From Octopus vulgaris (taxonomy: Eukaryota): 64,000 bases of DNA. The DNA lies in the NCBI GenBank assembly GCA_951406725.2, contig OX597823.1, positions 43,586,001-43,650,000 on the forward strand, written 5' to 3'. Position 1 is the stretch's first letter; each line of letters begins with the position of its first letter. The translations under genes were made by a program, and so were the position numbers. The notes under the pieces are model-generated. The model had not been told where the DNA came from. It did no database searches and saw only the letters and a list, made by a program, of their open reading frames with translations. This document shows, one piece after another, positions 52,001 through 64,000 of this stretch.

Positions 52001-54345
52001 GGAGGTGGTGGAGGCAATGGCGGACTGCGGCGCGGGCAAGGCGCCGGGTTTGGATGGTCTACCCTACGAGTTATATAAGAATATGCCAGACTTGTTCGGG
52101 CACCTACTGGCGGAAGTCTATGCGAACTGGCAGCAGAACGGGTTGATACCCAGATCTGTGCGCCGGGGAGTGGTGACTCTCGTCAGAAAGGACCCGAGCA
52201 AGGGGGAGTGCATTGATAATTTCAGGCCCATCACTCTGCTAAACACAGAGTTGAAGATTTTGGCCAAAGTGTTATCGAAAAGATTGGCGCGTGTCGCGGA
52301 TGGTCTGATCGGGGAGGCACAGACATGTGCCGTTCCGGGCAGAACCATTCAGGATAATCTCCATCTAATGCGGTACACTATAGAGGGGTTTAATAGTGAT
52401 TCTGGCAAGGGTGGGGCACTGGTCCATTTAGACCAATCCAAAGCTTTTGATAGGGTCGACCATCGTTACCTGGTGTCTGCTCTGGCACAGTTCGGACTGG
52501 GCCTTGGCTTCCTCAGGTGGATTATCCAAATTTACGACAACATCGACTCGGTAGTTCGGGTGAACGGCTTCTTGTCGAAGCCGTTCAAAATCAAACGCTC
52601 GGTTCGTCAAGGGTGTCCGCTCTCCCCGCTTTTGTACGTGATGGCTCTTGAGCCATTACTGCGAAAACTGAGCGGCATCCCGAGACAGCCAGGTAATGGA
52701 AAATCAGTGTCAGCGTACGCGGACGACATCACCATCATCGTGACCGAAATGGACCACCTATGTAAAGTAGGCAAGGCCATAGAGGATTACGAGACGGTGA
52801 CAGGAGCAAAAGTTAATCGCGAAAAGTCAGTCGGCTTGCAACTCGGCACCTGGAGAGGCAAGTCGATGCCTCCTGACAGCGTCGTGGGACGTTGGACGGA
52901 GGGTCCGATTAAACTGCTAGGGGTCTGGTTCGGTCCAGACCTCCAAATAGAGAAGAATTGGGGCGAGGTAACGAGCAAGGTGGCTGCAGTAGCCAAGACC
53001 TGGTCTAGGCGGTGGCTATCCCTTGAAAGGGAGGGCGGAGGTGGCCAATGTGTTTATCGCATCGGTTATCATCTACCGCCTTTCCGTCGTTCCATGCCCT
53101 GATTCGTGGTTGACCAAGTTGGAAAGACAGCTCTTCTACTTCCTTGTGGAAGGGCAGGAAACCACTTGTGAAACGCTCTACTTGCTGTCAACAACCGTTA
53201 AAGGGTGGGCTAGGGATGCCTTGGCTGATGATGCGCAGACATGCGCTGAGGTTAAGACATCTGTGGCTCTACCTGGATGGTGAACGGGTGTGGTCTTCTC
53301 CGTTAGCAAAACTGATGTTTCCCAAGTTCACTAGTTTCGGTGGATGGGAAACCTGGTTGAATCGTAGATCGAAACTCGGTACATGGTATACGGAGTGTCG
53401 AAAGGCCCTCCTGCTATTCCGGTCGCTCGGGCAACGCTCGTGGGGGTTCCTGCGGTGGGGTTCCACCACATTCTTCTATAGAGGGTTGGTGGTAGAGGCG
53501 GAATGTGAAGACACCTTGGGAGAAACCCTGGGTCTCGACGATAATCAGCTGGCTAGTCTGTTCCGACGTACGTTCGAGCCGAAGACTCTGGACAACTCCA
53601 GAAGTCTCTGACATGGCAATGCTACAGAGGAGCTCTACCTGTTCGGGATAAACTCGCAAGGCACGGTGGCCAAGACAGTCCGATGTGTCCAAGATGCGGG
53701 CGGGATAGGGAAACCGTCCAGCACGCTGTTGTTCATTGTTCGGACGTGTCTGAGGTGTGGGTTTATGCCGAACAGCTGTTGTCAAGCACACGAAGAGTAC
53801 AGCTGTCGACTGGAGTGTATTAAAAAAATTGACCCACCAGATTTCCTCGCGAAAGAAGGTAAGACTTGTTTTCTCGTTGTGGTAGCAATTGCGAAGGAGG
53901 TGATATGGAAGACGAGAATGAGGTAACACGGTCAGGCAAGTTCATATCCGGCCCTGGGTTGATGAATTACTTCATCTTACCACCTGAAAAGGAAGATAGG
54001 GCTGAAAGACCTGAAAATGCCTGACTAAAAGAGTGTATGAAGAACGATGGAAGGATGTAGCACGGAAGTTGAGAATGAATGACACCACATAAATGTAGAT
54101 CAAAACGAAACCAAAAGTATCAGTGGTGAGGCGGGGCTCGTGGGGTCCGAGCTGAACCCGCCCCCACTCCACCTGTAGTGTCTTCCGGTCTGTTTTTTTC
54201 ATTCGATTTTTATAATTTTTGCAATTTTTGTAAATTTTTGAAATTTTTAAACTCATTCTTTTGTAACCTCATACGTGAATCTGACCCCACATCAGGTTGT
54301 ATTGTCCCCTCTTTTGTTGGCCCCTTGTGGGTAATAATAAAACAC
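49047..54345 (+). mobile_element. Full-length Tx1 element (type E4); unit 14
   Basis: 5'UTR, ORF1 49337/49382-50664, ORF2 50673-54092 and 3'UTR. Confidence 0.95.
50673..54092 (+). pseudogene. ORF2, open through the EN and RT domains, frameshifted after ~53020
   Basis: 810-aa ORF with YADD, followed by collinear fragments. Confidence 0.9.
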
Positions 54346-54361
54346 CCGATAGGACGTTACT

Positions 54362-54412
54362 CCCCGATTGTATTGTCCCCTCTATGTGGCCCCTAGTGGG
54401 TAATAAAGAAAT
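54362..54412 (+). mobile_element. 51-bp 5'-truncated insertion of a family A 3' end; unit 15
   Basis: Matches 56143-56193 with one mismatch; flanked by perfect ccgataggacgttact repeats. Confidence 0.88.
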
Positions 54413-56194
54413 CCGATAGGACGTTACTTCTATGCGTGTTGTTATCTGTGACTAGACGTTGAAATTTTGTTGTGTAAAGTGATTAATATCGCGCGAGGCA
54501 TTTGCCTCCACGTTTGGAAACCTTCCGAAGAAGGTGAATTGACCCTCTAGTCATGGCGACTTACGCGGGGGTCACGGGAAAGAATAATAATGATTCGGCA
54601 ATAATCGTGAAGGATGTTTTCTTTGAGAAGAGTAAACTCAAAGAATATGAAAAACTATTCAAAAGGGAGGGTGATAGCGTGAAGCTAATCCCCCCGCGAA
54701 AGCAAAAGAGGACAAAGAAAACAAAACTGTAACGTATAGAACCCAGGACAAAAGTACAAAGAAACTGGCAAGAGTGGAGATAGCAGAGATCGAAAAATGT
54801 CTGGGAGACATAATGGATAAATCGACCTACGTGAGTAGAGGAAAAAATTTGGTACGGTGGAGGTGAGATGTGCAACGGAAGAAATTGCAGCCTCACTGGC
54901 TACCACTGTTCTAAGAGCGGAAACATTTATAATGTGGCCCTCATACAAGGGAAGAAGAGGGGTCCGGGTTAAAATCCCGAATATACCCCCAGAAGTAAAA
55001 ACAGAATGGCTGGCAACAGCTATTCTAGGAGCAGCAGAAGAGGAAGTGGAGGTGGAATCCTTTAAGGAGTCCAACGCAGTAAATTGGAGAGGATATGGGG
55101 TAGAACTGTGTTTGATGGCCACAAAAGAGGACATTGAAAGGTTCCCTATAGAATAGAAATCGAAGACGAGAAAACCCTCAGTGTAATTGTAGAGGGAAGA
55201 AAACCAAACTGTTACTTGTGTGGGACAAGGGGGCACATTAAAAAAGAGTGCCCGTTATACGAATTCGTAGCGGAGTGCGAGCAGGAACTTGAAGAAAAGA
55301 AGAATACTGTAAATGAAAAAGAAAACATAGAAAAGGAAACAAAACAACAAGAGAAAGGAAATAATAAGTCAACGAAGGAAAAAGAAATAAAAGAAAAGAA
55401 AGAAATAGAACCAAAACAGAGTCAGGAAAAGAAAAAGGAAAAAGAAACAACAGGAAAAAAACAAGAGAGAGATCAGAACCAAACGAAAAGAAAAGACGGC
55501 ACACAAAAAGAAAAAGAAAAGGAACATAAAACACGAGAGAAAGATAGAACAGACAAAGAACCAAAAAGACAAGAGAAGGAAGAAGAAAGAAAAGAAAAAA
55601 AGAGAGAAAGAGAGAAACAAAGAGAGGAGAACAAGGAAGAAGTAAGCCCGAAAAGGAAAACGAGAGAAAACGTAGGACGGAAACAAGATTACTACTACTA
55701 CAAGTTAATAACCTTCCATTTCTGCCCTGAAATGAAAGACTTGACATGGAATATGGAGGGACATATATGGTCAACAGGATGACTGATCAGTGGCAGGAGA
55801 CTGCTCTGATCCCCGAAGAAAGAGTCGCTGAGTTCCTCAGAGCAGCTGGAGAGAGTGTAATATTTCACACGAAGGTTCGAGTAAGAGAGCGGCCGCCTGA
55901 GGGCTCAGTGATTGACTTTAGAGAATTGAAAGCTATTATGGAATACGTATAAAATTGTGAGAAGAGAGAGAAGAAAGAAGAGAAAATAGAAAATTATTGT
56001 GAAATATATGTGACGAAAATGTAACCTCTCGATTCCGGGGATCGAGTGGGCATTTGCATCTCATTGTAAATATTCTTTCATTTGTCATTTTTTTTTTTTT
56101 TTTTTTTTCCTTTTCTTGTCATTCGCTTTCTTATTTTAAGTTCCCCGATTGTATTGTCCCCTCTATGTGGCCCCTAGTGGGCAATAAAGAAATA
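54413..56194 (+). mobile_element. ORF1-only element, family A; unit 16
   Basis: ORF1 54553-55952, frameshifted; shared terminus. Confidence 0.9.
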
Positions 56195-58008
56195 CTGATA
56201 GGAGGTTTGGTTCGGTAGGAACACGTGTCGGAAATCTATGCGTGTTGTTATCTGTGACTTGACGGTGAAATTTTTTCTGTGTAAATTGATTTGATATCGC
56301 GCGAGGCGTTTGCCTCCACGTGTGGAAACCTTCCGAAGAAGGTGAATTGACCCTCTAGTCATGGCGACTTACGCGGGGGTAACCGGGAAAAATAACGATT
56401 CGTCGATAATCATAAAGGAGGTTTTCTTTGAGAAGGATAAACTCAAAGAATATGAAAAGTTTTTCAAAAGGGAGGGTGATAGCGTGAAGCTAATCCCCCC
56501 CCCCGCGAAAGCAAAAGAGGATAAAGAAAGCAAGACAGTGACATACAGAACCCAAGACAAAAATACGAAGAAACTGGCAAGAGTGGAGATAGCCGAAATT
56601 GAAAAATGTCTGGGAGACATAATGGGGAAAATAACCTACGTGAGTAGAGGCAAGAAATTTGGTACGGTGGAGGTGAGATATGCAACGGAAGAAATTGCGA
56701 CCTCACTGGCTACCACCGTACTAAGAGCCGAAAAATTCACAATGTGGCCCTCATACAAGGGAAGAAGAGGGGTCCGGGTTAAAATCCCGAATATACCCCC
56801 AGAAGTGAAAACAGAATGGCTGGCAACAGCTATTCTAGGAGCAGCAGCAGAGGAAGTGGAGGTGGAATCTATTAAGGAGTCCAACGCGGTAAACTGGAGA
56901 GGATATGGGGTAGAATTGTGGTTGATGGCCACAAAAGAGGATATTGAAAGGTTTCCATACAGAATTGAAATTGAAGAGGAAAAAACCCTCAGCGTAATTG
57001 TAGAGGGGAGAAAACCAAACTGTTACTTGTGTGGGACAAGGGGGCACATTAAAAAAGAGTGCCCGTTATACGAATTCGTAGTGGAGTGCGAGCAGGAACT
57101 TGAAGAAAAGAAGAATACTGTAAATGAGAAAGAAAACATAGAAAAGGAAACAAAACAACAAGAGAAAGGAAATAATAAGTCAATGAAGGAAAAACAAATA
57201 AAAGAAAAGAAAGAAATAGAACCAAAACAGAGTCAGGAAAAAAAAGGAAAAAGAAACAATAAGAAAAAAACAAGAGAGGGATCAGAATCAAACGAAAAGA
57301 AAAGACGGCACACAAAAGGAAAAAGAAAAGGAACATAAAACACGAGAGAAAGAGAGAACAGAGAAAGAACCAAAAAGACAAGAGAAGGAAGGAGAAAGAA
57401 AAGAAGACAAAAAGAGAGAAAGAGAGAAACAAAGAGAGGAGAACAAGGAAGAAATAAGCCCGAAAAGGAAAATGAAGGAAAACGTAGGACGGAAACAAGA
57501 TTACTATTACTACAAGTTAGTAACCTTCCATTTCTGCCCTGAAATGAAAGACTTGACATGTAAAACGGAGGGACATATATGGGTCAACAGGATGACCGAT
57601 CGGTGGCAGGAGACTGCTCTAATCCCCGAAGAAAGAGTCGCTGAGTTCCTCAGAGCTGCCGGAGAGAGTGTAATATTTTACACGAAGGTTCGAATGAGAG
57701 AGCGGCTGCCTGAGGGCTCAGTGATAGACTTCAGAGAAGTGGAAACTATGATAGAATACGTATAGAATTGTGAGAAGAAAAAAAAAGAAAAAAAAAGAGA
57801 AAAAAGAAAATTTTGTGAAATATATGTGACGAAAATGTAGCCTCTCGATTCCGGGGATCGAGTGGGCATTTACATCTCATTGTAAATATTCTTTCATATG
57901 TCATTTTTACTTTTATTTTTTCCTTTTCTTGTCATTCGCTTTCTTATTTTAAGTTCCCCGATTGTATTGTCCCATCTATGTTCGCCCCTAGTGGGTAATA
58001 AAGAAATA
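56195..58008 (+). mobile_element. ORF1-only element, family A; unit 17
   Basis: ORF1 56361-57765 with one apparent frameshift in an A-run near 57240. Confidence 0.92.
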
Positions 58009-58190
58009 CCGATAGGATGTTACTTATTCATCGATACTCAAAAACTGAACTTTCACCAACTGAATACTCGTCATGTAGTGCCTTACTGCTTTCTGCTGGA
58101 TTTTACCTCGAGAAAGGAACCCTGAGGAAGGAGGGCTGAATTTCGAATACTTCGTACAAAAAACGGCTGCAGGTTAGGAAAAAAAATTAA
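58009..58190 (+). mobile_element. 5'UTR remnant of an E3/E4-like element terminating array 3
   Basis: gatactcaaaaactgaacttt matches the 5' end of unit 12 (reverse complement of 39786-39806). Confidence 0.65.
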
Positions 58191-58255
58191 TCGCCTCTTT
58201 CAATTTAGGTTTTCATTTTTCATGTTTTTATTTGTATTTCATTGTTATGTTTATA

Positions 58256-58738
58256 TTGGGTTGTCCGGAAAGTTCGTTCCGATTTTTAAAGGAAAGTACA
58301 TGGTCACTAAATACTCTTCCCAGAATTGGGGTGGTTTCAAGGCAGATAATTCATCAAGGTATCTTTTTACGTCATCTAAGGAATTGAAATTTTCACCATT
58401 AAGACTATTCTGCAAAGACCTGAATAAGTGGAAATCCGAAGGAGTAATATCTGGTGAATATGGAGGGTGGGGTAAGTCACCCCAGCCAAGCTGCAGCAAT
58501 TTTTGTCTGGTTCCCAAAGCATCAAATGCCGATAATGAATTTTTCTCATCTTTTAATTTAAAGGGTTACAGAATTAACACAGGTTATTGGAACATAAACC
58601 TTCTTCCACGAAAAGATAGATTAAACTGTGCTCCAAATGGAGGTGTAGTCAAATCCTATTTTATGGACTCAAACATGTTCTAAAATAAGTCGAAAGATAA
58701 GCTACTATAAATCTGCAAGAACTTTCCGGACAACCCAA
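58256..58738 (-). mobile_element. Internally deleted mariner element
   Basis: TIRs ttgggttgtccggaaagttc / gaactttccggacaacccaa, TA duplications and transposase remnant HPPYSPDITPSDFHLF. Confidence 0.93.
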
Positions 58739-59138
58739 TATTTCTATATTTTTATCATGAAATTCTTAATATAAATATGTGGATATTCGTATGGAATAAT
58801 ACCTCATGTGCTACATCTGAATTTTCTTGTCTGAATGTTTTAAGACAAATATCCGAAATTTTTATCGTATACCACATTTTATTAATACTTAGCTCATATA
58901 CGGAGACAAAAATGTTGTACTATATACTGCAGGTTATCTCCATTAAAATTATATTTAGCATTAGAATTCTTCAAGTAGTATAAAAATGGTTATTGTCTGC
59001 ATCATTCGAAAGCGAAATAAATTTTGCATAAGGTGTAAAAGATAAAAAATAATTTGTATGGTGTTAGTAACAAAATATTTTGTAAGAAATAGAACTTTTA
59101 TCGTCTGTCTTAAATATATTTTCGCCAGTGTATATATC

Positions 59139-61700
59139 TCAGGTCATCCCATAAGTTCTGTCTGAATTTTGGATAAAGAATACAAGTGATCAAATGTTAT
59201 ATTCAATTGAAAGTTAATCATCAATGTACTTTCCCTAATTATCTATGACTTACCTCCATCTATTTACAAGCTTTTTAATCCCATCAACGTAAAACTCTTT
59301 TGGTTTGAAAGCGAAGAACTCTGAAATGTCAGGTTCGACCTCCCCCTGGCTTGCGAAAGTTGTATCCCCCTACTAATTCTGTAAACTATGAAACAAATGG
59401 TATCCTGAAGGAGTAAGGTCGGGAGAATAAGTTGGATGAAGAAATTTTTCCAAACCGACCCCTTCGATCTTCTGTGATGTGATCTTTGCAGTATGGGGTT
59501 GCGCATTGTCCTGATGAAACATCACTCGTTTTCGACTCACTAAAGCGGCTCTTTTTTCCTTCAAAGCTTGGTTCAAACACTCTAATTGCTGACAGTAGAC
59601 TTGAGCATTGATTGTTGCATTAGGTGGTAACAATATAAAGTGAATTACGCCTTTGCAATCGCACCAGATAGAGAGTAGAACCTTTTTCCCATGAAGTTCC
59701 CTTCTCGGTTGTGGTTGAGAATTTTCCCTTTTACCAAGCCACTGTTTACGACGTCTAACATTTCGATAGAAAATCCATTTTTCATCACAAGTCTATCGAA
59801 AAAGGGTGAAATGAGTTTGCGAGAATGGAGAGAAGAGCAGATGCCAACTCGGGATTTGCGGTTGCTTTCGGACAATACATAAGGCACCTATTTTCCAAGT
59901 TTAGGAACCTTTCCACGTTGTTGAAGATGACGATGAACTGTTGTATGGTTTGAAGTAAGCTTTATTGTCAATTCTTCAACTGATAATGACGGATTTTCTT
60001 CAAGTAATGCCTCAAGGAGCTTGTCAAACTCAACTGGACATCCTGTTCGATATTCATCTTCAATTTTGCAGACGATCTCCTGCAAGTTCTTTCATTCGAG
60101 CACTTTGCTATAAACTGAGTGTATGTTTCGAGTCACTTCGGCATCAGAGTTACCTTTATTGTACTCATAAAGAATTATATGTGCCTTAAATGCTCCTTGG
60201 ATACTTCCATGTTGAAAGGGTTTTAATCAAAGCAATTTTAGGGTGTCCACGAAGTCTGGGTTTATGGAATAAAATCATGACATAAACAAATAAATATAAG
60301 AAATAATAATTTTCCTTTTTTACTTTTGTTTAAATTAAATTTAAAAAATACTTTACTTTTCTAAATTTATTTGTTATTTTTTCTACAGATGATCGAATGA
60401 TGGCTCTGTCTAAAGAAGAAAGAATCCCAGATCGAATGATGAATCTGTCTAAAGAAGAAAGAATCGAGTTAGTATTATTAAGTGGACGAGAGGGATGGTC
60501 TTATCGCAAAATTGCGGAAGAATTTAATCTTCCACACCCTTGTAGGTAACCTATTTATTTTACTGCCGTCAGGAAATTGATCAAGAAATTTAAAGAAACA
60601 AGCAGTGTTTCGGATAAACCCCGTTCCGGGCGACCAAAGACTTCAGATGAAACTAAAGAGGCTGTCGAGGCTAAAGTTTCTGCTAGCTAGCCCCAAAAAT
60701 CACTTCGTCGGACATCTACGGTGTTAGGTGTTCCAAAACCAACCATCCACAAAATGCTGGTTGAGGAAAAGTTTCATCGATACAACCTACAGATATTGCA
60801 TCACTTAAATTAAGACGATCCTGATAGACGAATAAATTGGATGAAAATATCAATTTTACGAAAAACTTTGTGTTGTTCAGTGACAAAGCTACGTTTTATG
60901 TAAATGGTGAGGTCAACAGACAGAATCTTCTATACTGGTCTCGAGGTAATCCACATTGGATGGATCTATCCAAACAGCAAGACAGCAAAAAGGTGATGGT
61001 GTGGTGTGGTTTTTGGAAAGCTCATGTTCTAGGACCCTTCTTCATTGAACATGTAACGGATGAGACTTATGCAAATATATTGAGAGACAAATTAATATCT
61101 TAAATTGAGCGCCTAGGCGAGGACCTTCCGAATTGGTTTCAGCAGGATGGGGCCCCTACCCATTTTGCCACAACTGTTAGAGATTGATTTAATGACACTT
61201 TTCCTCCTCACTAGATTGGAAGAAGGGGTCATATGGAATGGTCCCCTCGTTCACCAGACCTTTCTCCCCTTGATTTCTTTTTCTGTGGTATGTTGAAAGA
61301 GAAAGTTTACTCAATAAAGATTACAGATTTAAAACACATGAGAGAACGCATTACCAGTCAGTGTGCTTAAATTGATGGCAATGTAGACTTATTTAATCAA
61401 GTTCACCTGAATTTTGCAAGGCGCATCAAGTTATGCATTGAAAATGATGGAAATCACTTTGAAAATATTATTTATTATAATTAAATAAAATTGATTTGTT
61501 TTAAAAGTATGTGTTAATTCCCATGTACGCAGACTTTGTGGACACCGTCTATTATTTTGTAAAACAATATTGAATTAGTTTAAACGTACACAAATGCATA
61601 AAAATAATTTTTAATTGAATTAGACATTTGCAAATACTATTAAATTTCATTCAACTCTAAAAAACATGTAAAATTGGACAGAACTGACTGGATGACTTGA
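59139..61700 (-). mobile_element. Decayed mariner element, interrupted by a Tc1-superfamily insertion
   Basis: Imperfect TIRs tcaggtcatcccataagttctgtc / gacagaactgactggatgacttga; transposase pseudogene ~60210-59200 (MEVSKEHLRH, HQDNA, YSPDLTPS). Confidence 0.85.
60241..61549 (+). mobile_element. Tc1/mariner superfamily element, DD41D (rosa/VS)-like pseudogene
   Basis: TIRs gggtgtccacgaagtctg / cagactttgtggacaccg; RSGRP, FSDKATF and FQQDGAP...SPDLSPLDFF, with 41 codons counted between the second and third Asp. Confidence 0.83.
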
Positions 61701-62405
61701 TATATATATTCTATGATATTCTAGTAAGTTTCAAGTTTATAACACCTTGATATCTCATGTTATTTCATTTTATATGCCTAAGACGTTTATTTTCTATTCT
61801 GGTTTTTATATATTTCTATACATTATATTTGTATCTATAATTTATTTTAAGCCGAAACATAATACGATCCTTGTACGAACGAAAGAACAAGAATGTCCTC
61901 TGGAACGTTTATCTTCCACCGGCGTTTGTAATCGATGGTGACATGTGCGATGATTTTGCGACTATCTTATATTTTACAGAGAAATTGGAAGCCCCGAATG
62001 TAAGTCAGCGCTTTATGCATAATTCAATATTTATAGTTCTCTATTTCTAACAGAAATTCTGTCCTCAATAACTATAGATCTATTTCTAAATGTATTTCTT
62101 TTCCTTCATGCACTCCCGTCTGTCTCTTGACAAAGCTTTCTTTCTCCAGCGTTCACCACGTCACCTCGTTAGGGTTAAACAGCCCTTAGCGAAAATTTTG
62201 ACTGTCCTGATTTTGTTAGCAGCTTTGACGTTCCACGTATCTCAAATTTTATCTAATTTGGTTTGGGAGAGCAATTGCTTTGACGAAGACACATCTTGTT
62301 GCAATGCGGAGCAAGTAAAGTTGCCAACATCTGAGGAAGAGTTGTTTGTTTTTTTTTTATATTCTGCCTTCACGCTATAGTTCTCTATGTAATTAAGATT
62401 CTTCT

Positions 62406-62448
62406 GCCAAGCCAAGCCAAGCCAAGCCAAGCCAAGCCAAGCCAAGCC
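62406..62448. repeat. (GCCAA)n pentanucleotide repeat
   Basis: Direct reading. Confidence 0.95.
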
Positions 62449-63044
62449 TTCTGTTAATAGTGGTACGACCACAGCCATAGCGCTCACTGTGGTCTCGTAG
62501 CCGTGGACAGTGTGCCCAATGTCGCCCAGAGCCCAGCTCAACACACTCCTTATACCCTAAGTAAGTCATGTGTAAAATTTGAATGAAATTGGTTGTGTAG
62601 TTCTCAAGTTTTAGGGAAACACACAGACAGACAGACACACATTCTCAGATACATAAAAGAATGAGAGTGGGTGATGTTTTGTTTGTTGGACCAATGTATT
62701 AAGGTTGTATTGTTTTATTGTTTTAAAACGAAAGAGGCAATGTGTTCGTTTCAAAAATAAAAAAGACAAACGTCCGCCAATGGGAAGACAGTTCATATTC
62801 GATTAGAGCACTCTGGGTATAATCATAAAAGTGAAAAATGGAATTTTTAGGCAAATCAAACAGTGAAAAACCAAAAACAAAAACATTAAAAAAATATATA
62901 ATATAGAAAATATAAAATTGAAAAATTTAAATTAAATTGAAAATAAAAATTATTAAATTATATTTATAATTTGTTTAAAAATATATATAACTATGAAAAA
63001 GTATGAGAAAGTTTAATATACATAACTACAGATATATACACTTT

Positions 63045-63220
63045 GTATATATACATTATATATACATATTTATATATAGAACACACACACACATACATTA
63101 TATATACATATTTATATATAGAACACACACATACATTATATATACATATTCATATATAGAACACACACACACACATACATTATATATACATATTTATATA
63201 TAGAACACACACATACATAT
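63045..63220. repeat. ~42-46-bp AT/CA minisatellite, ~4 copies
   Basis: Unit catacattatatatacatatttatatatagaacacacac. Confidence 0.85.
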
Positions 63221-64000
63221 AAATGAATGCAAGAATATCTGATTCATAATATTTGTTCTCATGCTCGTGTGTTGTTGGTGACAGACAGATACGTAAAAGA
63301 ACGCCGATGTAATGGGAAGGTAAGAAACAGAGTGAGTGAAAAAGAGAGGAAATAGCGAGAGTGACAGATACTTTAAATAACGGTAGTGGAATCTATCAAA
63401 GTTATAGATAAAGGGGAGTGAGAGGGTACTGGAGGAAATAGCTGAGTGAGGAAGATGGCCCCTAGCAACCACACCTTTTAAGATAGGGATTTCTAAGGTA
63501 GCCCACGAGCTTCGTCACCTATTTCTACATGTCCCTGTAAATTTTGGAGCGAATCGGACGGGACGTAGTGGCATTGAAAGCGATCCGAGCGGTATATATA
63601 TATATATATATATCTTATTATAAAAGGCAGATTTTATCTGCCTCCCTTTGTCTCTTATAGAAATCTACAATATAGGATTTCTTCAATTACAATTTACCTA
63701 GCATTTTTAAGAGTAGAATGCATCGGGTCATGCCAGGTCCAGTTTTTAAAATTTCAACCCCAATTAAGCAAAATTTAGAGAAAACTCACATTGTGGTGTG
63801 TAAGTCAAGTGCTTTTCTTATTGTGGGCTAGAGCACACGCACACACACACACACACACACAAAAACGGAGCGATCTGATTCACTCACGCTATCACTCTAA
63901 TTTCTACTCCTTTCTCTTTGTAAGTGTGCAACGATTAAAGTGAAACTATTTCTATAAAACGAGAGAAGTGTACCTTAATAAACAACTAAAAAAAAACACA

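Noticed and set aside
13669-58008. CRISPR-like array or LTRs from the recurring ~45-nt terminal motif
   Set aside because: The spacers are kb-long retroelements. The motif is a 3' end only, and there are no cas genes, integrase, PBS or TG..CA termini.
9196-58190. Telomeric array or snRNA/tRNA/rDNA-targeted insertion
   Set aside because: No TTAGGG tracts or recognisable RNA-gene fragments at the junctions, and ordinary repeat-rich DNA lies on both sides.
62090-62544. Possible host exon
   Set aside because: No recognisable domain; it overlaps a pentanucleotide repeat and has no supported splice structure.

Overview
AT-rich, microsatellite-rich animal genomic DNA. The SINE, Helitron and Dong-type repeats resemble those of cephalopods (Octopus-like); this is an inference. 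No host protein-coding gene can be supported. About 45 kb of the window (9196-31566, 34836-44565, 44566-58190) is three head-to-tail arrays of L1/Tx1-clade non-LTR retrotransposons. The arrays mix two-ORF elements (CCHC ORF1 plus APE-RT-Zn ORF2; one ORF2 fully open at 40055-43453) with ~1.6-1.8 kb ORF1-only elements from at least three divergent families. All units share one 3'-terminal module (G-loop hairpin/C-tract pseudoknot, terminal GCCC-GGGT hairpin, AATAA, no poly(A)). Units abut each other directly, and two insertions are flanked by 16-bp target duplications at an element-element junction. This suggests a self-targeting retrotransposon consortium reminiscent of HeT-A/TART and HAL1. The flanks hold a decayed R4/Dong-like LINE, SINEs, a Helitron-like element, nested Tc1/mariner transposons, satellites and a 100-N gap. 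The inversion at ~44566 may be an assembly artefact.
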